Below are positions 44,877 through 54,599 of a stretch of DNA of 64,000 nt, one piece after another. Both the position numbers and the translations under genes were made by a program. Location: contig JADLFO010000115.1 of the NCBI GenBank assembly GCA_020845455.1, positions 6,235 to 70,234 on the forward strand, given 5' to 3'. This stretch comes from Caldilineaceae bacterium. GTDB lineage: Bacteria; Chloroflexota; Anaerolineae; Caldilineales; Caldilineaceae. The notes under the pieces are model-generated. The model ran no database searches. It had not been told where the DNA came from and saw only the letters and a list, made by a program, of their open reading frames with translations. Position 1 is the first letter of the stretch. Every line of letters starts with the position of its first letter.

Positions 44877-46838
44877 ATGAAGCAAAAACCATCACGCGGT
44901 AGTTCCATACGCATCTATGCTCTCTGGCTGTCGCTGGTCGTGCTGCTGGTCCTGTTGGCGGGCTGTGTGGCGCCGGCGGGCAGCACCACGGCCCCCGAAG
45001 CCGCCGCCACCGCAGTCCCGGCGGAAGAGGCCGCTGCCGAAGAAGTTCCGGCTGAAACGGTGTTTAGCGAAGATGCCTTTACCACGCCGCACCCGATCCT
45101 AAGTGATGTGCGTGTGCGCCAGGCCATCGCCCACTGCACCGACCGCGACGCCCTGATCGCCTCGGTCTATCCCTATGTGGACGACGAAACCAGACCGACC
45201 CTGCGCATGGACAGCTTCCTGCCCAAGACCCACTGGGCCTACAGCGGTCCCTATCAGGACTATCCGTATGACCCGGCGGCGGGCGCAGCGCTGCTCGACG
45301 AGGCCGGCTGGACGCTGCCCGACGGCGGCGCGGTGCGCCAGAACGCCAACGGCGACCCGCTGGCCCTGAGCCTGACCACCACCGACGCCCAGTTCCGTCA
45401 AACCTGGGCCGCCGTGGCCGAGCAGAACCTGGAAGGCTGTGGGTTTGACATCACCCGCAACCACACCCCGGCTTCCTGGTGGTTTGGCGACACCACCGGC
45501 CTGGCGCGCCGCGAGTTTGAACTGGGCGCGTTTGCCTGGGTGGGCGAGGCCAACCCCAAGGGGCAAACGCTCTACGCCTGCAATCAGATCCCGACGCCCC
45601 GCAACAACTGGGAGGGCCAGAACAGCATGGGCTGGTGCAACCAGGCTGCCAGCGACGCCGTCGTGCTGGCGAACAACACCCTGGACGAGGCCACCCGCAT
45701 CGATGCCTACAACATCGTTCAGGAAGAATTCGCCAAGGATATGGTCTCGCTGCCGCTCTTCCAGCGCGCCGAGGCTGAGGCCTGGAGCACCAACCTGGAA
45801 GGAATTCGCGTCAGCCCGACCGAGTATGCGACCGCCAGCGCAGCCGACTGGAGATTGGCTGACGGCGGCGACACAATTGTCGTCGGCTTCTCGCAGGAAC
45901 CGGCTTCGATGTTCACCCTGGTCGAGAGCGCGGCTGTTCAGCGCCAGATTTCTCAGATGGCAGTCGGTCTGCTCAACTCCCAGTTCGATTATGACTTCCA
46001 GCCGGTGATGCAAGACGGCTTTAGCACCATCGAAGACGGTCTGGCCACCAATGAGTTGGTCACGGTCGGCGCAGGGGATACGATTTACAACGCCGACGGC
46101 GAGCCGGAGGAACTGGCAGCAGGCACGCGTTTCATCCTCGATGGTCAGGTGACTGAATACGACGGCACAAGCGAACTGCAACTGCCGCAGTTGGTTGTGA
46201 CCTATAAGCTCAAGCCCTATACCTGGAGTGACGGCACGCCCGGCTCGATTGACGATGTCCGGCTGGCCTATACACTCAACTGTGACCCCGAATCCGGCGC
46301 GGTCGATTTCATCACCTGCCGCTCGATTGAGAACATAGAGTATGCCGAGGATGGGGCGCTGGAGTGGACGGTCACCTATCTGCCGAATGTGCAGGACCCC
46401 TATTACTACATGATGCCCTTCTGGCAGGGCACCGGCCTCTATCCGGCGCATCAAGTCGTCAGCGATGGCCGCCGGCTGGCCGACGTGCCTGCCGCCGAAT
46501 GGACCACCCTGCCTGAGATCGCCGAGATGCCGTTGAGCTATGGCCCCTTCGTGATCACCGAGTGGATCAAGGGCCAGAGCATCACGATGGAGCGCAATCC
46601 GCACTATGCAGGCGAGGTGGGCGTCGAGCGCATCGTGGTCGTCTTCATCACCGACACCAACCAGGCCGTGGCCCAGTTGCTGAGCGGCGATGTGGACTAT
46701 CTGGAGAAGGCTACCCTGGGTGGCGGCGCCGAGGTGCAAACCTTGATCGACGCTGCCGAAAGTGGCGGTGAGGTGCATATCGATATCATTCCCAGCCCGA
46801 CCTGGGAACACATCGATATGAATATGTACATTCCGTAA
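44877..46838 (+). CDS. Family-5 substrate-binding lipoprotein with apparently circularly permuted domain order
   Basis: ATG 44877. Lipobox LVVLLVLLAGC plus an Ala/Glu-rich linker. Residues ~80-340 carry motifs that are C-terminal in the paralogs (PHPILSDVRVRQAIAHCTDRDALI, YDPAAGAALLDEAGW). Residues ~344-664 carry N-terminal-type motifs (TIVVGFSQEPASMF, KLKPYTWSDGTPGSIDDV, YGPFVITEWIKGQSITMERNPHY, LLSGDVDY), and the protein ends ...WEHIDMNMYIP. Residue numbers follow the 664-aa track ORF. Confidence 0.85.
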   Translation: MKQKPSRGSSIRIYALWLSLVVLLVLLAGCVAPAGSTTAPEAAATAVPAEEAAAEEVPAETVFSEDAFTTPHPILSDVRVRQAIAHCTDRDALIASVYPYVDDETRPTLRMDSFLPKTHWAYSGPYQDYPYDPAAGAALLDEAGWTLPDGGAVRQNANGDPLALSLTTTDAQFRQTWAAVAEQNLEGCGFDITRNHTPASWWFGDTTGLARREFELGAFAWVGEANPKGQTLYACNQIPTPRNNWEGQNSMGWCNQAASDAVVLANNTLDEATRIDAYNIVQEEFAKDMVSLPLFQRAEAEAWSTNLEGIRVSPTEYATASAADWRLADGGDTIVVGFSQEPASMFTLVESAAVQRQISQMAVGLLNSQFDYDFQPVMQDGFSTIEDGLATNELVTVGAGDTIYNADGEPEELAAGTRFILDGQVTEYDGTSELQLPQLVVTYKLKPYTWSDGTPGSIDDVRLAYTLNCDPESGAVDFITCRSIENIEYAEDGALEWTVTYLPNVQDPYYYMMPFWQGTGLYPAHQVVSDGRRLADVPAAEWTTLPEIAEMPLSYGPFVITEWIKGQSITMERNPHYAGEVGVERIVVVFITDTNQAVAQLLSGDVDYLEKATLGGGAEVQTLIDAAESGGEVHIDIIPSPTWEHIDMNMYIP

Positions 46839-46863
46839 CGTTGCTCCGCTGCATACAACAATG

Positions 46864-46901
46864 GAAGCGAGGCTCAGGTCTGAGCCTCGCTTCTCAGACC
46901 T
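46864..46901 (+). promoter_or_regulatory. Two mutually exclusive hairpins after the permuted SBP gene
   Basis: Hairpin A: GAAGCGAGGCTCA-GGTC-TGAGCCTCGCTTC (46864-46893). Hairpin B: AGGTCTGAG-N8-CTCAGACCT (46876-46901). They share nucleotides. Confidence 0.4.
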
Positions 46902-46910
46902 AAGTAGGTA

Positions 46911-46962
46911 ATGGGCGGGCAGGGTCATACCGATCCGGCTCGCCCATTTTGCGATTTTTTTT
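46911..46962 (+). terminator. Stem (ATGGGCG...CGCCCAT) followed by a T8 run; possible partial terminator before the permease gene
   Basis: The T8 run is at 46955-46962. The stem arms are at 46911-46917 and 46941-46947, and the large loop makes this atypical. Confidence 0.3.
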
Positions 46963-46982
46963 GAAGACGAGTAGGCGCCACT

Positions 46983-48161
46983 ATGACAGGCTATCTGGTA
47001 CGACGACTTTTTCAAATGATGCTGGTCACTTTGTTAGCGGCCATGGCAACCTATTTTCTGTTTAGCATCGCGCCCGGCGGGCCGCTGACCGGCATCCGCC
47101 AGTCACAGTTGCGTCTGACACGCGAGGATATCGCCCGGATGCGCGCCGAGTTTGAGATGGACCTCTATTGGCCGGTGCGCTTCTCGCGCTGGCTGATCGG
47201 CGTGCCCAATGGCCCCATCGTCGTCGGCGGGCTGGAATGGTTTGTCAATGTGCCCGTGGGCTGTTATCTGCCCAACGACGACGGCTCCTGTGACGACTAT
47301 GTCTATCTGCACGAACTCCCCCAGCTTCATCCCGAGGTGCGCGGCAGCGACGGCGTGCTGCGCGGCGACTTTGGCCGCTCGACCGTAATCCGCCAGGGCG
47401 CGCCTGTCTCTGCCGAACTTGGCAGCCGTCTGGGGCCTACGCTCGAACTGATGGTCAGCGCGCTGCTGCTCTCGCTGTTGATCGGCGTGCCGATAGGCAT
47501 TTTCAGCGCGGTGCGCCAATATTCGCGCTTTGACTATTTCTTTACCACGGTCTCGTTTATCGGTTCCTCGATGCCGGTCTTCTTCTTTGGGCTGCTGCTG
47601 ATCTTGGCCTTCTCGGTCATGCCGGTCTTTTTGGAAGACACCTTCCCCTGGTTGCCACGGCTGCCGTCGGGGCTGCGTGTCGCCATCCGCCCCTATGAGA
47701 TTGCGCCCTGGCTGCCGAAGATCCAGCCCGGTTCGCCGGCCGACCGCATCCTGCACCTCGCCATGCCGCTGACGGTGTTGACCTTTTTCAACACCGCCAC
47801 CTGGAGCCGCTTTGTGCGCTCCTCGATGTTGGAAGTGCTGCGCCAAGACTATGTACGCACGGCGCGCGCCAAGGGCTTGGTCGAGCGCGTGGTGATCATG
47901 AAACACGCCCTGCGCAACGCCCTGATCCCCTTTGTCACGATCTTGGTGCTGCAGATCCCCGGCGTCTTTGCCGGCGCGATCATCACCGAGACGGTCTTTG
48001 CCTGGCCGGGGATGGGGCGGCTCTATGTGGATGCGCTCAACCGCAGCGATTGGCCGGTGGCGCTGGCCTTTATCTTTATCACGGCGGTGCTGACCGTGAT
48101 CGCAACACTGCTGGGCGACATCCTGTATACCGTGGTTGACCCGCGTATCAAATATACATAA
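46983..48161 (+). CDS. ABC transporter permease (OppB-type) with an enlarged first periplasmic loop
   Basis: 392 aa. QDYVRTARAKGLVERVVIMKHALRNA. The loop insertion is ...VGGLEWFVNVPVGCYLPNDDGSCDDYVYLHELPQLHPEVRGSDGVLRGDFG. Confidence 0.9.
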   Translation: MTGYLVRRLFQMMLVTLLAAMATYFLFSIAPGGPLTGIRQSQLRLTREDIARMRAEFEMDLYWPVRFSRWLIGVPNGPIVVGGLEWFVNVPVGCYLPNDDGSCDDYVYLHELPQLHPEVRGSDGVLRGDFGRSTVIRQGAPVSAELGSRLGPTLELMVSALLLSLLIGVPIGIFSAVRQYSRFDYFFTTVSFIGSSMPVFFFGLLLILAFSVMPVFLEDTFPWLPRLPSGLRVAIRPYEIAPWLPKIQPGSPADRILHLAMPLTVLTFFNTATWSRFVRSSMLEVLRQDYVRTARAKGLVERVVIMKHALRNALIPFVTILVLQIPGVFAGAIITETVFAWPGMGRLYVDALNRSDWPVALAFIFITAVLTVIATLLGDILYTVVDPRIKYT

Positions 48162-48191
48162 ACTACGGGGAAACCGTCTGGAGAGACCACT

Positions 48192-49190
<999 letters not shown>

Positions 49191-49192
49191 CG

Positions 49193-49228
49193 TACGGACA
49201 CGATATGACACGATATATCGTGTCCGTA
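49193..49228. repeat. REP-like palindrome (copy 2, variant with a duplicated left arm)
   Basis: TACGGACACGAT-ATGACACGATAT-ATCGTGTCCGTA. The inner perfect palindrome is GACACGATATATCGTGTC (49207-49224). It starts 3 nt after the stop at 49190. Confidence 0.8.
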
Positions 49229-49282
49229 TGGGGCGATCTCGGACTTTGTCTGCGCGGCGCAAGCCGCCTAGTTGCTTGATCA

Positions 49283-50428
49283 ATGGAACATACGGTGAAT
49301 CAAACGATTCTAGAACAACCCCGCGCCGCCACACCGATCAACGGCGAACCGCTGTTGGAGGTGAAGGGGTTGCGCACCTATTTTTATACTGAAGACGGTG
49401 TCGTCCAGGCCATCAACGGCGTAGATTTTGTGATCCGCCTCGGCGAGGTGATGGGGCTGGTAGGGGAATCGGGCAGCGGCAAGAGCGTCACGTCGCTTTC
49501 GATCATGCGCCTGCTGCCTGCCTCCGGCAAGATCGTCGCCGGGGAAATCCACTTCGACGGTCGCGACCTGGCGGCTGCGCCCGAAGAGGTGATGGTGCAA
49601 CTGCGCGGCGACGACCTTTCGATGATCTTTCAGCAGCCGACAAGCTGTCTCAACCCGGTCTTTCGCATCGGCGACCAGATCGCCGAGACGATCATGGTCC
49701 ATCAAGAGATGACGCGGCAGCAGGCCTGGAACCAGGCGGTGGAGATGCTGCGCAAGGTCGGCATCCCCGACCCGGAGCGGCGCGCCACGGCCTTTCCGCA
49801 TGAGATCAGCGGCGGGCAGGCGCAGCGCGTCATGATCGCTATGGCGCTTTCCTGTCTGCCCAAACTGCTGATCGCCGACGAGCCAACCACCGCGCTCGAC
49901 GTGACGATCCAGGCGCAGATTTTGGACTTGATGCGCGCCCTGCGCTCCGAGACGGGGACGGCCATCCTGCTGATCACGCATGACATGGGCGTGATCGCCG
50001 AGATGTGCGATTCGGTGGCGGTGATGTATGCGGGGCAGATCGTCGAATACGCCGATGTGATCACGCTCTTCGACGAGCCGCTGCACCCCTATACCGAAGG
50101 GCTGCTGGCCGCCATCCCTGTGCTGGGCGACGTGCAAGACACCTTGGCCGTCATCCCCGGCTCTGTGCCCAACCTGATCGAACTGCCGCCGGGCTGTAAG
50201 TTTGCGCCGCGCTGCCCCTATGCCAAAGATGTGTGCGTCGAACGAGACCCGGCCTTGCTCGAGGTCCGGCCCGACCATCAGGTGCGCTGTTTTATGCGTG
50301 ACCCGCAAACCGCCCATCTGTGGGCCGGGGTGAAGCGCACCGACTGGCGTTTTGAGGGCGACGAAGTCTTTGTCGACGGGACAAATGCGGCGGATGTGGC
50401 CGGCGTGGCCGAAACGGGGGGGCGATAG
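49283..50428 (+). CDS. ABC transporter ATP-binding protein (OppD-type)
   Basis: [36 protein letters not shown], plus a C-terminal extension. Confidence 0.9.
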   Translation: MEHTVNQTILEQPRAATPINGEPLLEVKGLRTYFYTEDGVVQAINGVDFVIRLGEVMGLVGESGSGKSVTSLSIMRLLPASGKIVAGEIHFDGRDLAAAPEEVMVQLRGDDLSMIFQQPTSCLNPVFRIGDQIAETIMVHQEMTRQQAWNQAVEMLRKVGIPDPERRATAFPHEISGGQAQRVMIAMALSCLPKLLIADEPTTALDVTIQAQILDLMRALRSETGTAILLITHDMGVIAEMCDSVAVMYAGQIVEYADVITLFDEPLHPYTEGLLAAIPVLGDVQDTLAVIPGSVPNLIELPPGCKFAPRCPYAKDVCVERDPALLEVRPDHQVRCFMRDPQTAHLWAGVKRTDWRFEGDEVFVDGTNAADVAGVAETGGR

Positions 50429-50430
50429 GC

Positions 50431-51483
50431 ATGGCGATCCCGGTTGACGTTTCCACGCACGATCTGCTGGCGGTCGAGGACCTGCGCACCTACTTCCCCA
50501 TCCGCTCCGGTGTCTTGCAGCGTGTCGTCGCCCAAGTCAAGGCGGTGGACGGGGTGAGCTTCTCGATCCGCGAGGGCGAGACCTTTGGGCTGGTGGGCGA
50601 GTCGGGCTGTGGCAAGACCACGGTAGCGCGCACCATCCTGAAGCTGCAGAAGGCTACAGGCGGTTCGGTCTTTTTCGACGGCGAAGATGTCCTCGCCAAG
50701 CGCGGCGGCGACCTCAAGGCGCTGCGCCGCAACATGCAGATCATCTTCCAAGACCCCTATTCTTCGCTCGACCCGCGTATGCCGGTGGGTGACATCATCG
50801 CCGAGGGGTTGTATATCCACGGCATGCGCGACGCCAAGCAGCGCAGCAGCGTTGTGCAAGAGATGCTGGATAAGGTGGGGCTGAACCCCTACCATGCCCA
50901 CCGCTACCCGCACGAGTTTTCCGGCGGGCAGCGCCAGCGCATTGGCATTGCGCGCGCCCTGGCGCTCAACCCGCGCTTTATTGTGCTTGACGAGCCGGTC
51001 TCGGCGCTGGATGTATCGATCCAGTCGCAGATCCTCAACCTGCTGCGCAGCCTGCAGGCCGAGTTTGGCTTTACCTATCTCTTTGTGGCGCATGACCTGA
51101 GCGTGGTCGAACATATTAGCGACCGCGTCGGCGTGATGTATTTGGGCAAGCTGGTGGAGGTGACCAAACGGTCGGAACTGTATGCCAACCCGCTCCATCC
51201 TTACACCCAAGCGCTGCTCTCGGCGATCCCGATCCCCGACCCGCGCCGCCGGCGGCAGCGCATTACCTTGACCGGCGAAGTGCCTTCGCCGGTGAACCCG
51301 CCGAGCGGCTGTCGTTTCCATCCCCGCTGCCCCTTTGTGATGGACATCTGCAAAGAGGTGGAGCCGCCGCTGGAGCAAAAGGCCGAGGGCCATTGGGCGG
51401 CGTGCCACTTGTATACCAAGGGGCAGACCGGCGTCTCCGCCGCGCGTGCGGCAGGGCAGCCGCTGCCGGCGCGGCCGGCCTAA
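50431..51483 (+). CDS. ABC transporter ATP-binding protein (OppF-type)
   Basis: [46 protein letters not shown]. Confidence 0.9.
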   Translation: MAIPVDVSTHDLLAVEDLRTYFPIRSGVLQRVVAQVKAVDGVSFSIREGETFGLVGESGCGKTTVARTILKLQKATGGSVFFDGEDVLAKRGGDLKALRRNMQIIFQDPYSSLDPRMPVGDIIAEGLYIHGMRDAKQRSSVVQEMLDKVGLNPYHAHRYPHEFSGGQRQRIGIARALALNPRFIVLDEPVSALDVSIQSQILNLLRSLQAEFGFTYLFVAHDLSVVEHISDRVGVMYLGKLVEVTKRSELYANPLHPYTQALLSAIPIPDPRRRRQRITLTGEVPSPVNPPSGCRFHPRCPFVMDICKEVEPPLEQKAEGHWAACHLYTKGQTGVSAARAAGQPLPARPA

Positions 51484-51743
51484 CTTTTAGCTCCGTCTTA
51501 GATACACTTCACGTTAGCTTTATCTTGCCTGGGGAAAATGCCATAGGGTATCCGCTGCCAGGATGCTTCCTGGAAGTTCGCAGAATCTGCGAATGACCAT
51601 CGAATGCTCCGAACAGGGAAGGCCAATGGAATTCAGCTACTTTGCCCCTTGGCGAGAGTATGCTATAACAGGCCCAAGTCGCCCCAAAAAACTTCACGCT
51701 GTTCCAACCGATGCCGTAGCAGAGAGTGGAAGGAGAGTTGGTT

Positions 51744-53495
51744 ATGCACAAACGATTCCACCGATCCCGGTCGCTGTGGGTGACGCTGCTGATGCTGGTC
51801 GCGCTGGTGGCGGCCGCGTGCAGCGCGCCTGCGCCCGCCGGGACCGAAGCCGAAGCCGCCGAAGCCCCTGCGGTCGATCAGTCGCAGGCCGCCCAGTCGG
51901 TCGAAGTCAAGGGCGTCACCGTTACCAGCGATGAAGAGGTTTCTTCGCCGCGCACCCACTTTGGCGGCGAATATCACGACGTCTCCACCTCCGACGCCGT
52001 CAGCTTTCACCCCTATCTGACCACCGATACCGCCTCTAGCGGCTATCAGGGCATGGTCTACACCGGGGCGCTGCTGCGGCTGGACGAGAACACGCTGGAG
52101 TACATCCCCAACATGGCGGAGAGCTACACCATCTCCGAGGACGGGTTGACCTTCACCTTCAACCTGCGCCAGGACATGAAGTGGAGCGACGGCGAACCGC
52201 TGACCGCCCAAGACTTCAAATATGCCTACGACCAGGCGACCAAGCCGGAGAACGAGTTCCCCTATCTGTCGCAGTTGGATTTCATCGCCTCCTACGAAGC
52301 GCCGGACGACTTCACGCTGCAGATCGTGATCAAGGAACCCTATGCGCCGGCGTTGGGCCAGATGTCTGGGCTGATCACCCCGCTGCCCAAGCATGTTTGG
52401 GAATCCCTGGACTGGAAGGACCCGGAGAAGAACCCGGAGATCAACAGCCCCTCGGTTGTCTCCGGCCCCTATAAGCTGGTGGAGTGGAAGCGCGACCAGT
52501 ATGTGATCTTCGAAGCCAACGAGAACTACTGGTATCACGGGCGGCCCAACTTCGACCGCTATGTGATCGAGATCGTGCCCGACACCGACGTGGGCTATCA
52601 GAAGATGAAGAACAGCGAGACCGACACCGGCACGATCCTGCCCGAACAGTTGGAGGAGGCGCGCAACCTGCCCAACATCAATGTCTATGAGTGGTGGCCC
52701 GCGGCCGCGTCGTGGACCTATATCGGTCTCAACATGCGCACCGAGGGCGCGCCTACCCAGGACATCAACGTGCGCCACGCCATCAACTATGCCATCGACA
52801 AGGAACTGTTGACCGACGAGGTGATGCTCGGCCAGGCCAAGCGGCTCTGTTCGGTCTTCCCCGAAACGTCGTGGGTCTACAACCCGGACGTGCCCTGCTA
52901 TGACTATGACCCCGACAAGGCCATCGCCGCCTTCCAGGAGGCTGGGTACACCTTCCAAGACGGCAAGATGCTCGACGCCGACGGCCAGCAGTTGACGCTT
53001 AAGCTGGTCTACGGCCCCAACACCAACAAGATCCGTGAGTTGATCGCCACCGTCGTGCAAGACCAACTGGGTGAGATCGGCGTCAACGTGGAGATTCAGG
53101 CGCTGGAGTGGGCCAGCTTCCTCGAAGCGACTTCGGCGGCGGAGGTCGACTGGGATATGTTTATCGGCGGCTGGCGCGCCACCATCGAGCCGCACATCAT
53201 GTACACCATCTGGGAGCTGGACAAGGACAACCCCAGCTATGACCTGAACTCGGTCGGCTATGACAACGACCAGGTCGAGGAGATCTTTAGAGAGGGTGGC
53301 CGGACCTACGACAATGCGGTGCGCAAGGAGAAGTATCAGGAGGTGCAGCGCATCATTGCCGAAGAGTCGCCCTATGTCTTCCTCTATTATTCCAAGGCCT
53401 GGAGCGGCCAGAACAAGCGCATTCAGGGCATCGAGCCGACGGCGCTGGGCATCGGCTGGAACCAGGAAGATTGGTATATCCAAGAGACACAGTAG
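51744..53495 (+). CDS. ABC transporter substrate-binding lipoprotein, family 5
   Basis: ATG 51744 after GGAAGGAGAG. Lipobox LLMLVALVAAAC. MAESYTISEDGLTFTFNLRQDMKWSDGEPLTAQDF, SGPYKLVEWK, INVRHAINYAIDKELL. Confidence 0.9.
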   Translation: MHKRFHRSRSLWVTLLMLVALVAAACSAPAPAGTEAEAAEAPAVDQSQAAQSVEVKGVTVTSDEEVSSPRTHFGGEYHDVSTSDAVSFHPYLTTDTASSGYQGMVYTGALLRLDENTLEYIPNMAESYTISEDGLTFTFNLRQDMKWSDGEPLTAQDFKYAYDQATKPENEFPYLSQLDFIASYEAPDDFTLQIVIKEPYAPALGQMSGLITPLPKHVWESLDWKDPEKNPEINSPSVVSGPYKLVEWKRDQYVIFEANENYWYHGRPNFDRYVIEIVPDTDVGYQKMKNSETDTGTILPEQLEEARNLPNINVYEWWPAAASWTYIGLNMRTEGAPTQDINVRHAINYAIDKELLTDEVMLGQAKRLCSVFPETSWVYNPDVPCYDYDPDKAIAAFQEAGYTFQDGKMLDADGQQLTLKLVYGPNTNKIRELIATVVQDQLGEIGVNVEIQALEWASFLEATSAAEVDWDMFIGGWRATIEPHIMYTIWELDKDNPSYDLNSVGYDNDQVEEIFREGGRTYDNAVRKEKYQEVQRIIAEESPYVFLYYSKAWSGQNKRIQGIEPTALGIGWNQEDWYIQETQ

Positions 53496-53506
53496 TGGAT
53501 TGGACG

Positions 53507-53541
53507 CGCTGCGCCTTCCGGGTTCGCCGGAAGGCGCAGCG
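53507..53541 (+). terminator. 15-bp perfect hairpin between the SBP and permease genes
   Basis: CGCTGCGCCTTCCGG-GTTCG-CCGGAAGGCGCAGCG followed by TTTG, 12 nt after the stop at 53495. Confidence 0.5.
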
Positions 53542-53555
53542 TTTGAGGGGCCGTT

Positions 53556-54596
53556 ATGACGCGTTATATCATCCGCCGCACGCTGCAATCGATCGTTTTG
53601 GTGTGGGTCTCCACGCTGATCGCTTTCTCCATCTACCAGGCCGCGCCGGGCGGGCCGCTCCAGTTTTTGGACGACGACCCCAAACGCACGCAGGCCGACG
53701 CCGACCGGTTGACCCGGCTCTATGGGCTGGATCGCTCGATCCCCGTGCAATATGTAGCCTGGGCCTTTGGCGAAGATTGGCTGCCCCACAATGAGACTTG
53801 GCGCAGCGGGCGCTGTCTGAGCGACGCCGGCAACTGCGGGCATGGGATTGTGCGGCTGGACTTTGGTCGCTCGTTCTCCTTCAAGGGGCAGCGCGTGCTG
53901 GACTTGATCGTCGAGCGCATCCCGGCGACCTTCACGCTGGCCTTTGCCAGTTTGATCCTGAGCGTCGTCATCGGTTTCCCATTGGGCATCATCGCCGCCT
54001 ATACACGCGGGCACTGGCCCGACAACCTGATTCGGGTCAGCACGGTGCTGGTCAACACCGTGCCTGAGTGGTGGATCGGGCTGCTGCTGTTGATCATCCT
54101 GGGCGGCTATCTCGGTTGGGTGCCGCTGGGCGGCATGTACACCATCGGCGACGGGTCGCTGCCCGACCGGCTGCGCCACCTGGCGCTGCCCGCGCTGGTC
54201 AGTTCGATCAGCGGCTGGATCGGCTTTTCGCGCATCCTGCGTTTTGAGATGCTGGAGGTGCTCAACCAAGACTATGTGCGTACGGCCAAGGCCAAAGGGC
54301 TGTCGGCCTATGCCATCGCCACGCGCCATGTGCTGCGCAACGCCATCATGCCCTTTGTCACCGGGCTAAGCGGCATCTTCCTGCTGATCCTGTCTGGGTC
54401 GGTGCTGTTTGAGATCGTCTTTTCCTGGCCCGGCATGGGGCGGCTGACGATCAACGCCATCAACGCCCGCGACTATCCCATGATGATGGCGCTCTTTGTG
54501 ATCAGTTCTTTCCTGGGCATCCTCGGCACGTTGATGGTGGATATTCTGTACAGCGTGGTGGACCCGCGTGTGCGTTACGATAGGACGGTAAACTAG
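53556..54596 (+). CDS. ABC transporter permease (OppB-type) with an enlarged first periplasmic loop
   Basis: QDYVRTAKAKGLSAYAIATRHVLRNA. The loop insertion is ...FGEDWLPHNETWRSGRCLSDAGNCGHGIVRLDFG. Confidence 0.9.
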   Translation: MTRYIIRRTLQSIVLVWVSTLIAFSIYQAAPGGPLQFLDDDPKRTQADADRLTRLYGLDRSIPVQYVAWAFGEDWLPHNETWRSGRCLSDAGNCGHGIVRLDFGRSFSFKGQRVLDLIVERIPATFTLAFASLILSVVIGFPLGIIAAYTRGHWPDNLIRVSTVLVNTVPEWWIGLLLLIILGGYLGWVPLGGMYTIGDGSLPDRLRHLALPALVSSISGWIGFSRILRFEMLEVLNQDYVRTAKAKGLSAYAIATRHVLRNAIMPFVTGLSGIFLLILSGSVLFEIVFSWPGMGRLTINAINARDYPMMMALFVISSFLGILGTLMVDILYSVVDPRVRYDRTVN

Positions 54597-54599
54597 ACC

